Part shown: piece after piece, positions 12,953-33,264 of the stretch
Layout: the number at the start of each line of letters is the position of its first letter
Position numbering within the stretch: position 1 is the first letter of the stretch
NCBI GenBank assembly: GCA_051362555.1
Contig: CM120644.1
Coordinates: 7,262,954-7,326,953 of the forward strand
Source: Lingula anatina
Lineage: Eukaryota; Animalia; Brachiopoda
Direction of reading: 5' to 3'
DNA: 64,000 bases
Translations under genes and position numbers: made by a program
The notes under the pieces: model-generated
Told to the model about the DNA's origin: nothing
The model's database searches: none
Seen by the model: only the letters and a program-made list of their open reading frames with translations

Positions 12953-15557
12953 CAAACACGACTGCTTTTAAAATACACTATAATGACCAATAGACTTAAG
13001 TTATGGTACCAAATGAAATGAGTTATTCAAAAATAAAGAAGCCACGCACAATCCCATCGCTTTCTGTCTTATGCTGTATGTTTCTGGTCCGATGGAAACA
13101 TTTTTGGCGCAAAAAGTTGGGTTTTTTTTCAGTGACTCTTAAAGTTGGTGAAGTATCAGCTTATTTACCTTTAAGCATGCGCAGTAGGAATTTAGCAAGT
13201 TAATGGCGACCGCGATTGCTTTGAAAAATGTGATTGTCGATTTTGTGCATATTTCGCATATGTATGTTTGAGTCGTCGCACCTAAACCGATGAACTCCAC
13301 AGCTTAGAGATACTACTGAGCATGCGTCAAGGTATCAGAATCTCCTCCGAGCACAGCCGAGAATTAATTACAGCTTTGTATAAGTAACTGGCTTGCGCTG
13401 CCAGTAATCACGCTGCGGGATATTCAGGGCACAGACCGTGATCACAAAACATACCGCGAATAGAAAAAAGAATTTAGAAAATAGACTTTCCATGTGAATG
13501 AAGCCTTATCTTAACTGGAGGCAATGGCGTCATTTGAGCTCCAAGAAAACCTAAAAGGCATTCTTTCATTATCTGGTTGACTTTGTTAACTGCATATCCG
13601 TGCATAAAAGTGCTCTTAGTCTTGATACTGATACTGCCTTTACTTTTAAAATGATATGGCATTTAGAAACTGCATGTTTATTTTATTTATATATTTTTTA
13701 TAATAATACGAAATCGAGATAATCGACGCCTGGCACTTTTACCAGAATAACAAAAGTATCACTTGACTTTGAACAAACAACGTAAAATAACATAACATCA
13801 AGAATTCAAAGTTAAAGGTTTTCCGACAGACCGTCAGAATGGCCTGAACGGAACATATTCTTCAGAAAACATATTCTTTAGAAAACATGCCCAACTAACG
13901 ATATCTTTATCCAAATACACAAATTAAAAGCTCATTTTGTAAATTTTGGACTTTAAAAAACGTCCTTTTTGCTCGGCCTTGGAGTTAATGAGAATAGTCT
14001 TTTTCATGGGTTGGGTGTGTGTGAGAGAACGACAGCCTGACGCTCTGTTAAAAGTATCAAGTACTGAGCTCGCGTGTCTTTACACAAAGATTACAGAAAT
14101 CCGCGTGAGGCGCTATCACTCTGTTGGTGGCATCTCACATAACATGTAATCGCCATTAAGTATTTGATTCAGTTCTCATATTATCGATTATAATTAAATG
14201 ACACCATGCTCCGCCTCATACTCCAGAAGCCGATTCCTTTCATAGTTAATTGTTTTCTATCTGCAAACAGCATTCTCGTTTAAAGTTACATAATCAACCA
14301 ATCAAGACTTAGATATAGTTAAATATAAGTACAAGGTCATCACATAAGATATGTATATATGATTACCTAAAGCGATATTCGTTAGGTAGATAAATTTATA
14401 TTTAGCAATAAGATAAGATTATCGGTGAGCATATACACACACTCGAATTTCTACCTATGAAGATACATGAGATACTCATTCTGAATATCACGCAGTTATT
14501 TATCAATACTCGAGATGTCAGCTGTCAGTTAATCGGTTACTAGGAGTTATAAATTCAGCATTAAAGTTATGACCGGAGACACTCCCAAAGTGTGCGTAAT
14601 ATCACAGCAACGGAAAGGTTAAATAAATTCATCTCACGGCCGCGGTGCGCCACTCTTTTCAGGTTTAGTAAAAGTACTTTTGTCCGCGTCACGTTCGAGA
14701 TACTGGACTCATTTTTGAAAAAATTAAAGAGTTTCACTGCGGATAAATTGGATAAAGTGAACAGAGGGGAAAAAGCTCATTCTGTATACTCACCCTTTTT
14801 TTGAAACAGGCCTGTGCTTAAGTGTTCTTTCCGTCCACGTTGAAATACATTTAAATCCGTATGCCGTATGATTTCCAATGTATAAATCCCTAAGCTTAAA
14901 CGAAGAACTCTTGGTTTTGTTTGGGTATCCCCCCTCTCTCTTTTTATTATTATTTTTTTAATTCTTTTTTCTCAAACATATAACCTAAGAAACATTCTTT
15001 TGCATAGCGAATGCATTCTACAGTGTATGTGCTACTCTGTGGTATGCATTGCCGTTATAGCAAAGCTTTCAGAATATTTCAATGTTTTTTGTTTTTGCAC
15101 TGGCCGCTTTCTAATTGTAATCAACATCCATACAGTCCCTCTCACTCATTGGAACTTCGTGCTATTAGTTACAGGATACGAACCACAAATACTGATAGTG
15201 GTACAGTTAATATTTAACAACTGGAACTCTGTTAAAGAGGTAATTCACATGCGTCCCATTTATTCACTGGACATCTTGAACGACATGATGTGACTATCTC
15301 TGGTGACACGGTGATTATAAATGATAATAGCCGTGCGACAGGCAATATTTATTTATACAACTTGTTATCATATGGTTATGTCTCTGAAAGTCATTTTGAT
15401 TTCATCTTCGTCTCATTTATAAATGCAAAGAGTGTGTGAAAATTTAGATTTAGGTGCTATCTATACAACAACCTGGGTGTGATTTAGAGACACTTACCCT
15501 TCACCCGTTCTGTCTCTTTACTATACACAGGTGTCTTCCTGAAGACGGTCAGATTTT

Positions 15558-15906
15558 CAAGGTTACATTGACGGGTCTCTATTTATTTCTGTTGGAAGAC
15601 GGTCTAAATTGTAGGATGGATCATCAAAAATAATTTGGAAGACTGTCAGAAAATAGCTCTGGATCAGCCCCTGATACGAGACATATTCTACTAAAAAACT
15701 AAAAAAGCACGCAGAGAGCTCTGACCTCCGCAGAAGACGGCTCAATTCTCATTTTCAGTTAATTAATGAATGGATCACCACCAACATCTAATCGATTCTA
15801 AATTAGCCCCTGTTTAATCTATCCTGGAAATTTCATCAAAGCCCGTCCATCACTTTTCGAGTTAAACTGTTAACAAAGACAAGAACATTACCACCTTGGC
15901 AGAAAT
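15558..15906. mobile_element. Possible decayed non-autonomous element (Crypton-like 3' end)
   Basis: Ends GAAATTTCATCAAAG..TCCATCACTTTTCGAGTT...AACATTACCACCTTGGCAGAAATAA, resembling a widespread aquatic-animal repeat terminus (recalled, not verified). Confidence 0.3.
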
Positions 15907-17997
15907 AAAAAGTATGTATCGATTTCGTTTTGTCTTTGATACACCACACACCGTTATCTATTGGATAATATATTGCAAGAAACCATTTTGTGTAATGTTC
16001 TTAATTTTCATGGCAATTTTCTCACTTCCCACTTCTCTATTACAAACGAGAGCGTTTTGCTAGTATATTACCGAGATCGCTTGGTCCATATTCTGTCGAG
16101 ATGGAGATAGAGGTCAATGGCCGGTAAGCCCCCGTACATATCACCGACTTGGATATTAGTCAAAATATTTTGATTTTCTCCAAATCCAACTAACTTTGTC
16201 TAAACAATTTTCATTCGTCTTGCGAGGTTCAAAAGCAGATGCAAAAAAGCGGTAGTCACTGATGTTCCAGAGGCGAGCACTTTGTCCAGAGGGAAAGAAT
16301 CGCTGATGTTCTTGTTAAATGTCCGTTCTAACTGAAATGTTATCGTGATGAGTTACACTTGCACAAACATTTCCACTGCACGAAAAGCTTTATCACTTAC
16401 ACCACTTAAAGAACAGGTTCCTGATTATCATAATTCTGAGCTCAGAGACTGGGAGTTTGAACGCTTTTGGAACATTGGATGCTTGGATATTCTGCTGATT
16501 TCTTGGTCTAATTATAATATATATTCCGACAATACATTAATTCTCTGTGGCAAAAAGCAGAATTTCTTTCAATAAATTTCATTTATTTGTTTATTCATTT
16601 GCCGTTTTCCTGTTTAGTACACTTATTTTTGTGCATGGTTCAATGAGCACATGTTCACAAAATGCTTAATTGATCGAAGTCGTATACCGTAGGTCCTACT
16701 ATATTACCCCGGGCACGTTCAAACATGATTAAATCTCATGGTTCAAACGAAATTTAACTTCTTCAAAAGCAATCTGTAGTACGCGAGTTTTTATTATGGG
16801 GGACTTTAATTAACCCCGAAAACATTAAACATGTTGTTGCATTGTCAGGTAATCAGAAAATTTCGCACGTTTCGGAGCTTTTTTATTCTCGTGCTCCAAC
16901 CAAAACGGATGAAGAGCATCGACGACCGATTTGAAATACCTGCCAAGTTTTAGATGAAAAAATCAACCAACACGTCCCATGCACAACAATATTCATCCGT
17001 TCTGGAGAGTACATTTTTGTCTCTTTAAATAAAATCAACTTACCCCTTTGTGAATATGGTAAATCCCGCTGCTGACTGCGTCGTTTGTTAAAAGGTTGCG
17101 TTCGTTTATTTGGCGTTACGTCTGCTGTAAGAGAAGCCGACAAGGGAAGCTCAAATCCCGTATTAAGGTACAGGGTAAACCCAAAATATTTTGCCCTTTG
17201 TCAAGCCGTCACGACCTACAATCGACACACTGACACGCGTCTGCATGTCACAGTGCAGTGTCATTTAATAGGGTTTTGTGTATTTCAAATTACATTTTCT
17301 GCTTGAACCTGTGACCCGAGAACTTGGGTTGATTTTAAGAGGGGATTGTACACGGTGTAACGAAAGTGAGTTCTCGCTTAAACAGCTTAAACTCTGGAAA
17401 CCCCCACTGAAGATAAATTTTATCACACAGTTATCTATTCCTGTCCTGTTAGAATAATAGTTGTTTTTGATGCCACCTGCATGGACGCTTCATGCTGATT
17501 AAGCTGCTTCTCGTCTTGGGATGATATGACTGAATAGGAATTCAGTGGGACTACGAAAATCAGTTTACAAGACATTACAGACATCCAATAGGCCAGGGTC
17601 ATAGAATATGCATGTGCATATTTGTTAAAATACTTTCGTGTGTGTGTGTGTGGGGGGGGGGGTGGCTTATGCATGTATGTTTACCTTTTTGCTTCTGTTT
17701 ATACACAGATAATATTTGGAATGATTCAGTTCGGTCCAAGATCGACCCAAATATTACAGCGGTGCACATACAAATTATATGCATATTGCATTAGTTCATA
17801 TATGACAGCAGTTTGATCTACGTAGAAAGGTAAAATGCTGCCTCAGTAGTCCTTCCCTTCCAGCATAAACCTCGGTGCGTCCCCAAACCGCTCCAAGTTA
17901 TACTGTGTAAACCTTATTTGATATATGAGGTTTAGCCCTCTGCCGCCTCGGTTATCTTGTACTAGATAAGACAACGTATCTTGGAAACGTTACCTTT

Positions 17998-20900
17998 TAG
18001 TCCGTGGGCCAAATATCGAAACCCTCCCCCCCCCTTAGTGATTTTCGTTCACTATGTTTTTCTGATAGCTTAGGTCCTTAGCTTTTATTTTCTGCTTGTT
18101 TGCCATTAAACTGGTGGTGGGTGTGTGTGCTACAGCCGTTGCCATGGTAACACACGGGTTAAAAATTGACATTTCTGAGCCCAACAAAATCTAAAATATT
18201 TCAAATACATAAACTAAATAGAATTCAAAATCGTTCTAGACATGTAGTCTAAGATGTGCACTATACCTCACGATGAACAAAATTTTCCAAGATGGCGGCA
18301 AATCCAAGATGGCGGCCAATTTTTGCTGTTTTTTCAGAAATTTTGATAATTTTTAATTTTTTAATTCTTATTTAATTATTAAAGAATTGCAATATCTGAG
18401 ATATTTTGATGCACCACTGTAGCATGGAATCTCTACTTTCTGCCTGTAGTGTTTGTTCAAGGTGTAATCTTTTTATTGAGATGAAAAATCCTGAAATCCA
18501 ACATGGCTGCCACAAAACAAGTCTTTTACATGTAGCTGTCCTGTCTGGAAATATGACAGTTTTATCATCCCAAAATAAGTTCTTCATTACTTTTGGTGCA
18601 CTGAATATAAAAACAGAACCCTTTTCAATTACTTGACTTAATTTGGATTACAGTATGGCTTTCAAAATTCAAAATGGCCGCCAATGACCGTGAATTTACA
18701 TCTTTGTAACCAGTAGACTAAAATATGACAGCAATATTCCTAATTTTATCCTAAGTTTGGATGAATACTTATGTTTTAATAGTGCTGATCACTACTAGAT
18801 GTGTGGTCATGTAAAATGATTAAAAAAAAAGAAAGATCAAATGGTCAACAATAACCTAGACTAGATAAAAGACCTATAATACCCCCCAATAAATGCAAGT
18901 CACTCACATTTGACCTAAGAAATCACACAAAGTTTCATGTACATGCTAATCACTCACATTTGACATGGGAAAGAATACTTTTGAGTTGAAATACTAATGT
19001 ATTCTGTCGCATTTGAAAGAAATGGCTGTCAATGAGTATAGGGGACTATATATTTATGGTCAATATGATACACTCTTGCTAAAAAATTGATTGAAAATTA
19101 TATTCCAAAAGAATGTTACTTAGATTGATTTTATTAACCTGAATCCCCCTTTAGCGACTTTTATTTACTATTATATCTCGCTTACATCCTAAGATCCCAT
19201 TTTCTGCTTGTTTTCTATTCAGTTAACCCAGCCATTGCCATACTAACACAGGGGTTCGAAATTGACATTTCTGAGACTAAGAAAATTTCATACATTTCAA
19301 ATATATTAACTTCAACAATAATGTAAACTTAAGAAGACATCTGTATTCGTGGTATGATGGCAAAACATTCTTTGAACATCCAAGATGATGTAATTTTTTT
19401 CAAGATGGCAGCAATATCAAAATTGCGGCCGGTTTAAGCTGATTTCTAAACCTGTTTCTACTGTAACTAACGTTGAAAATTTAATAAATTTAATGGGATC
19501 GAGAAATGTTAAGTATTTTGATATCCATATGGTATTTAGTCTTTACTTACGGCTTATAGTGTTTGTTATTCCTATAATTATCATTTTAAGAACAAAAAAA
19601 ACTTGAAATCCGAAATGACCCCAACAAATCCTGGGTGATTTACTTTGGTATATATTGCTGTCCTATTAAACTTCTAATATTGTATATTGTTCTCCGAAAT
19701 TGCCTTCTTTCTATCTGTATTTATTGTTTTATTCTTTTGTATTTGTTGTTACCTTTTAATGTATAGAATTTGAATAATATGAAGCCAAGATCGTGAACAT
19801 TTGTAATGACTCAATATGGTCTACAAGTATTTAAATTATCGTGCTGTACATGGCTGAAATTATTTGATCATCTCTTACCATCTATTGGGCAAGTTGAATG
19901 ACACAAAATAGTCTGATCTTGAGTGAAAGGCAACTAGTTTGCAAATATAGATGGCGATTTTGCATTTCTATACAATTATATTTTAAGTAAAACGTTATAA
20001 AAAATTTAATTATATATTCAGTTGAAGTTAGTGGATATATTGATTTTTCAAAACGTGAATATAATTTTACCTCTCTAGCAGTTTGAAGCTGAGTTATGGC
20101 ATATACATGTAAATGTTTTATTCCATTTATTCATATTAGATGAACACCATCTTAGATTGTAACAAAAACTCAGTTTCAGAGGTAACAGCAAATTTTAATT
20201 GGCTTTCCAGTGAACATTCTTCATGAAAAAAGACAACAGCCAAGACATTTCATCCATTTCCAAAAAGCCTTAATCCTTAATATTTAACTAAATATGGACA
20301 AGTGTTTCCGTGAAAGCAGTGTAGAAAGGGCATATTTGATTATAATTAACTGCACAAATTTTAGAATTATTTGTTTGTTGCACCGTTTAATATTATTGCA
20401 GCAAAATTCATACCTGCACTGTCATGGTCATTTGTGGCCATGGTGAATTTTGGAATAGCCAAGTAAATATAATTTGGCTGAAAATGAACAGAAATGATTT
20501 ATATTTAGATAATATCCTACTAGGTTAATTCAGTTTATCAGAAAGAGCAAAAGAGGCATTTTGAAACGAAAATGTAATATATATTCGGTCAGCACAGCAA
20601 TATGTATGAACTCTGTTTTGTGATGGCCACCATGGGTTTTAGGTTTTATTACACTTAAAAAAGAGGATATAGGAGTAACAATCACTGTAAACAGTAATTA
20701 TGCAATTCTGTTCATATCAGCATATCCAAAAACCTAACATTTTTCAATTCCAATGCTGCTTTCAAAGTTTACAAAAAGCTACTTTCAGTAATAAGAAGAA
20801 AATTAACATAAATCTATCGTCATCTTGGATTGGCTGCCATTTTGGCAATTTAACTACGATAATTTTTTCAAATAATTTTGTTGATAACTGAAGTCCAAGT

Positions 20901-22612
20901 CTAATTTTTTTAAAAAAGTTTATAATACAGCGAGTTCATATATTCGAAATACGTGGCAATTTAAAGGTCTCAGAAATTATAATTTTAAAACCCCTGTGTT
21001 ACTAGGGCAACAGCTGAATCTGTCACACCTTTCACCTATTACATGGCAAACAAGCAGAATATTTGAACTTAGGGCCCAAGCTATCAGAAAATCATAGTAA
21101 ATAAAAATTGCTAATAGGGCTGAGCTAGCTTGAGTTTATTAAATTTTATTTTGTATTGGAATAATGTATTATATCATTTCATGTGTAAGCAAATTGGCGG
21201 CCATTTTGAATTTCGAAAGTCATAATGCAATCTGAATTAGCACAATTCATAGAAAAGGGTCCTAGGTCCATATTCAGTACACCTAAAAGTAATAAAGAAT
21301 GTAATTTGGGATGATTAATGTGGCATCTTTCCAGTTAGGACAGCCGTATGTAAAAGACATGTTTTGTGGCAGCCACCTTGGATTTCAGGATTTTACGTCA
21401 AAATTAAAAGGTTACATCTTCAACAAGCACTTTAGGCAGACAGCAGAGGCTTTTTACCATTATGAAACATCAAAACACACGCCACATTGCAATTTCTTAA
21501 TAATTAAATAAAAACTCAAATATAAAAAAAATCCCAAAATTATTAAAAAATAAGCAATAATTGGCAGCCATCTTGAATTTGCTGCCATCTTGGGGCATTT
21601 TGATGATTGTGAAGTATAGCACACTTCTTAATTTACACATCTGGTATAATTGTGAATTCCATGATTTTAAATGCATTTGGAATATTTAATTTTTAGTTTT
21701 GGTCTCAAAAATATCAATTTTCAACCCCAGACATTACCATGGCAACAGCTCTGTTACTCACACCCACCACCAGGTTAATGGCAAACAAGCAAAAAATAAA
21801 AGCTAAGGGCCTAACCTACCAGAAAATAATAGTAAACAAAAATCACTAATGGGACTAAGTTGGTGGGAGATAATTAAAATTAATATTCTGTTGGAAGAAT
21901 ATATTATATCAATTTTAGCCAGTGTGTATAAGCATATTGGCGGCCATTTTGAATTTAGAAAGTCTTAATGTAATCAGAATTAATGCAAATTGTTTTAAAA
22001 AGTCCTAAGTTTGAATTCAGTTTATTAAAAGTAATAAAGAATGACACTTTGATGATAAATCTGGCATCTTTCCAGTTGGGACAGCAGACTTATATTTTGG
22101 CCACCATTTTGGATTTCAGGATTTTACAACAAAATTAAAAGGTTTCATCTAAAATAAATACTGTAGGTAGCAAGTAGTGACTGTATGCTATTCCGGCGCA
22201 TCAAAACATATCCCACATTCCTATTCCTTAATAATTGAATAAAGACTCAAATATGAAAAATAATTGAAATTACTCAAAAATTAGCTAAAATTGGCCGCCA
22301 TCTTGAATTTACAGCCATCTTAAAATATTTTGAGGATCATAAAGTATAGTGCAGCTCTTAAACTATACATCTGAAAGGATTTTGAATTCCATTCACTTAA
22401 CACATTTGAATAATTTAATATTTTTTTGGTCTCAGAAATTTCAATTTTTTATCTCAGACGTTACCATGGCAACGGCTGTAGCACACACACCCACCACCAG
22501 TTTAATGGCAAACAAGCGGAAAATCAAAGCTTAGGACCTAAGCTATCAGAAAAACATAGTGAACGAAAATCACTAAGGGGGGGGAGGGGGGTCTACATTG
22601 GCCCATAGACTA
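17998..22612. mobile_element. Non-autonomous DNA transposon with long (~650-700 bp) TIRs and internal TIR-module copies; Academ-like
   Basis: Left end TAGTCCGTGGGCCAA... and right end ...TTGGCCCATAGACTA. Inverted homology links 17998-~18690 with ~21935-22612. Both sides are flanked by TTT (3-bp TSD; a TA TSD reading is also possible). No ORF. TAG termini with a 3-bp TSD suggest Academ (inference). Confidence 0.8.
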
Positions 22613-23709
22613 TTTTGAGTCATCAGCGCGTGATAGCCGGAGGACACGTGACAGACAGATCAAAGACAAATGGTACAAAAGGTTCGACTCGTGACCACCA
22701 AAGCCCTTGGACCTGGCCTGTTTCACAAATTAATATTTAGATCTAAATGCCAATCTTCTTTGATCACAAATAGATTAATTGTAGTCAAAGTAAATGGACC
22801 ATTATGTCGGCAAAAATAAATAAATAAATTTATTAATAAATAACCACAATATTCAAATAACCATAACAAATAAACCATAATAAATAAATAACCATAATAT
22901 TCAAATGGATTTCTTTGGATTTATCTTGAAATGGAACATAATTACAGTCTGGACGTTTGGACAAATTTCTGGACAAAAGTAATCAAAAAGGAGAATTATG
23001 CATTGAATGTAAGACCAAAAGTTTTGTTAAAGCAAAATACCCTTGGTTTACCCTTGGATTTCTATTAAGAAATCTAATAAAAGGACAGTACCATGTTGTC
23101 AAAAATTAAATGCACCATTACACTGTTGTTTACAGAAAACATCATGTCCAACCCCTGAAAGACAAGAAAAAAGTGGACAATATCGCACACTTTGACAGAT
23201 GGAGAATTTGCATCTACTGCCAGCTGTCAAGCAAACACTTTTTCCCAGTCCAGACTGCTACCACTTGAATGCCAACCGATTAGACGCCAAAACACACCAA
23301 TACTTTTCATAAGTTTTTTTTTTCGAAACAGAATATTCCTATCCATATAACGTTGAAGCCACTACAGGTAGAATTATTTACGTATACAACAGAGGGAACC
23401 TGTTCCAAATTCCTGACAAAAAGTGCATTATATTTACCATAACATTTGCCAATGTATGCAAGTCAAATTCAAGCCCCAATTACTCAGCACCCAATTCCGG
23501 TAAGGCATGCGTCCGTTGCGTAACTTTTGTGTAAGTTAGCGATCAAACCATAAACTTCTGCATGTTATTGCATGCTTTTTGATCACTTAGGTGCAAAAAC
23601 TGTTCGTTAAGTGGGGGGAGTCTTATGTACTGGTACAAGTGCATTTCAAAATGTACCAGTAGTTCCTTAAGTCCATGTCTTCCTATCAACAGAAAAGTAA
23701 CACGCACGG

Positions 23710-23710
<1 letters not shown>

Positions 23711-23774
<64 letters not shown>
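23711..23774. repeat. (CA)n(GA)n compound microsatellite
   Basis: Directly visible. Confidence 0.95.
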
Positions 23775-23776
<2 letters not shown>

Positions 23777-24397
23777 CCCACTATCATAAAAATGCGCATA
23801 TGCACACACTCACTCATATAGGCCCTACATACTGTATATGCACAGTGTATGCCATCCCCTGTATCGAAAAAGAAATGCATTCCCTTATAAATATGTCTGA
23901 TTTGTAGAAAATGCTTTCCTCGTTCGAACTGTTATGCTTTTTTATGGAGACCAGGGCTTACAAATCACAGACATGAAATTATGACAGGTCCATCAGTAAT
24001 GGCAATGTTTATATACACCAGAGAAGTTTATCTGGGGGGTCGTTTTCAGGTATAGAGCTACAGTACTTGATATTGGTTTAAAATTGAGCATACTGCTGAA
24101 AAATAACTTCATTTTTTTCAGAAGTCTAATGCCACAAAGACCCCACAAAGACCCCAGACGAAAAGACAAACGAGCTACCCTGGAGTGATAATAAAATGTG
24201 GTTGTTTTTGGGGAGGAATGTGAAGCTATTGAACAATGCACCATGCAAAATATCAAAAATGCCACACATTCTTGAAAATAACATAACAGCAGTTAGCGGC
24301 CACATGACTTTTAAACATAATAATGACCCCGTCATTTCAAGGGTCACAAGACTTTGAAAAAACACTAAATCCACCAAATTCTGAACGGTGTTATTAA

Positions 24398-25029
24398 GGT
24401 ATATTTTTTTAAAATTCTTACTCAAGGAATGTATCGTTTTCAGTTCAACTTCCGAATGTAAGAGGACATAATAATCTCACCATAAGGATCCAAAATAATT
24501 CCACGCCTCACAAGCAATACTGAGGCGTTTTAAAAACCGTTTATCGTTCGTTTATGTCATCAGTGACAACACCTATCTGAGCTGTCACTGATGAACAGTG
24601 TGACCGGGGTTGAAGGGGAATCTGATTGTTAATATGCGGTGCCTGGCCACGGGGCGGTTATCAATGGGAAATGACATCTCTACTGATTACACTATCTCTG
24701 TGTTTACAATATGGATATAGGGGAGGGTGCTCGTGCTCCCTCTTTAAGGTCGGTAGTACCCCCAGCCAATCCCCCTCACCCCCACTGCACCCGTTCAAAA
24801 TTCATGCCATATTAATCTCAAATTTGCGTGCACATATAAAGAGTTTGGGGTTTTCCGCATTCGTTGGCATCTCTCTATCTCTCCCTGTTGGTAACCACTG
24901 TAATGTTGGACGTTTTCAAAACGATGACAGCCTAACAATAACACTGCCACTGTTGACACTGGACAACTCCCCGCTGTTGGCACGTTACTTATCTCATCTA
25001 CCAGCGGTATTTATTAATGCATTACACCT
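24398..25029. mobile_element. Possible decayed Kolobok-like MITE
   Basis: TTAA|GGTATATT ... ATTACACCT|TTAA are imperfect termini around non-coding sequence. Confidence 0.3.
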
Positions 25030-26060
25030 TTAACGATCTAATAAAGTCGTGTATAAAAACGGATGAAATACTAGTGCAGTTTGTTAGCAGAAGGCTTAAG
25101 CCTACATGGCCCTGGAATTAGAAATACCGAAAGTACAATTGAGGTTGTTTGCCCTGTCAACGCAGAGAAGAGGGTCTTTAGTAACGCGATCGCCGGCGAT
25201 ACTTACAAGCTGTCAAAGCCAGATTAACATTTAATCCTTCGCTACTGAGCTAATACTTTTCATTCTTCCGTGCTATTCAAAAATCTGGGAAATTGCGATT
25301 GAGTGACCTGTATTGCCAATTAATTGCCAAAGTCAACACATGGGTGACGGCGACGTGAAAAGGAAGTATAATGAACCTGATCCTTACGTTCCCCGCACCC
25401 CGATGGAGGGGATAAAAATTAATCCGCTGCTACTGTGCAATATATTCAGGACGATCGTTCTTAATTCAGAGTCAAAGGGAAAGCAATATAAAGGGCATTG
25501 AAGTACATGGCAGGGTTCAACTTGTTTTTAATTGATATAATATTTCAGAACATGAGTCGATATTTTTAATGACAAAACACAGGTACTAAGACAACATTCA
25601 ATGGCAATAAAACATTTTGTAACCACACAAACCTTTTTTGTGCACAAGAAGAATTTTTATTACTTGAGTCTATTCTTCTGGAATGAAAACCCCATCTTCC
25701 CTACATTGATTGTCATGGTATTGGTCACATTTTACCTCTTCAAACTGTATTTCATTGACACATTTTAAAATACCTAATCAAAATCTAATGCAATCATTTT
25801 ATTTCTGTATCTCTGCAGACCATTTATGTTGAAGAAAATCAACATAGCACAATTCTCCTGATTACAATAAAATAAATTCTGTCACTTCATTGGTCTATTT
25901 ATACCCAATTAAAAGCCATTATGACAGTGTTCCTTACCACTAGTTCCCTTCATTATCTTACTGGTCCATTATAAACCAGTAATAACAAATCACAAATTTG
26001 CACCAAATCTGCAATCACCTTGGTGCTATAATCTCATTGGTCAGTTAATAACCAATCAAA

Positions 26061-32382
<6,322 letters not shown>

Positions 32383-32917
32383 TTTACTGGAATTGCTTGG
32401 GCCTAAAACAATTGAAAAGACACAAATCAACAAATATAACAATAATAATAAAGTATATAAACATGATGATGAAGAATAGGATAATAGTTAAATATATTTT
32501 TATTATAATTGTTATAGTAAATAATAATGATAAATATACTTGCAGTACAGTACTTACATGCATAAACATACACGTATGATGAATTTAATCAATGCAAAAA
32601 TATGTTTTGACATTAATATACTACTGCAGTGCCAAATGAACAAAGAGAGTCTATCTCTTCGTTTAACTCACATTTTATTGTTATGCTAGTATTACAAATT
32701 GCAGTTGCAAGTTATCCCAGTAGGTCTATATCATTGACATTTAACTTATAGCATGTAACGTTTAATATGGTCTACATGTACATGTACCAGCTGTTGCATG
32801 TGCGCGTATCACAAATAATCAGCCTAAGCAGCACCAACAAAACAGTTAGAATAGACAAGTGTGTTGCTCTCGCTAATGCAGGTCAGATATTAAAGGATCA
32901 AAGTACCGTTTACGCAC

Positions 32918-32985
32918 CTGTTTTCTGGTAATTTCACCTTGACAACATTAATCGTTGTTTCACATGGACGCGGCCATATTTAAAG
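32918..32985 (-). other. Probable non-coding first (5'UTR) exon of ALDH9A1
   Basis: The ATG-containing exon starts at an acceptor (TTTTAG|, exon start 32402), so an upstream exon is implied. A donor CAG|GTGCGT lies at 32918, next to a YY1-like AATATGGCCGC at ~32970-32980. The 5' boundary is approximate. Confidence 0.5.
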
Positions 32986-33264
32986 TGCCCGGACGCTTAT
33001 CTCCCTCTCCAAAGTTCAAAGGGTACAATTCCCCAGACAAACAAATATTCAAACTACGATTATGTGTACAATTTGTTACAAATTTTTCACAAAAATTCTT
33101 TTAAACTTTTACTAAAATCACCTTTATCTTATTATGCTAAAACTTACCAATATAAAACAAGAATAAGCGTCAGTTAAATGTTATTTTACTAACCCTTCAA
33201 CCCCATCTTTAGACTCTCCGACTGAACGGGTCAAAGGTCACTCAGTAACAGGTACGCGATAATC
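32985..33264. promoter_or_regulatory. Bidirectional promoter for ALDH9A1 and RETSAT, with DR1 nuclear-receptor elements
   Basis: The putative ALDH9A1 first-exon donor and the RETSAT ATG are ~350 bp apart. GGGTCA-A-AGGTCA at 33228-33240 is a consensus DR1. CAAAGTTCA / AGTTCA-A-AGGGTA at 33010-33025 is an HNF4-like imperfect DR1. Confidence 0.65.

Noticed and set aside
22681-22696. tRNA B-box-like GGTTCGACTC (also GGTTCAAATCC at ~48417)
   Set aside because: No A-box at the right spacing and no cloverleaf.
24626-25033. 135-aa ORF
   Set aside because: Non-ATG start, no recognisable motif, and it lies in a probable decayed repeat.
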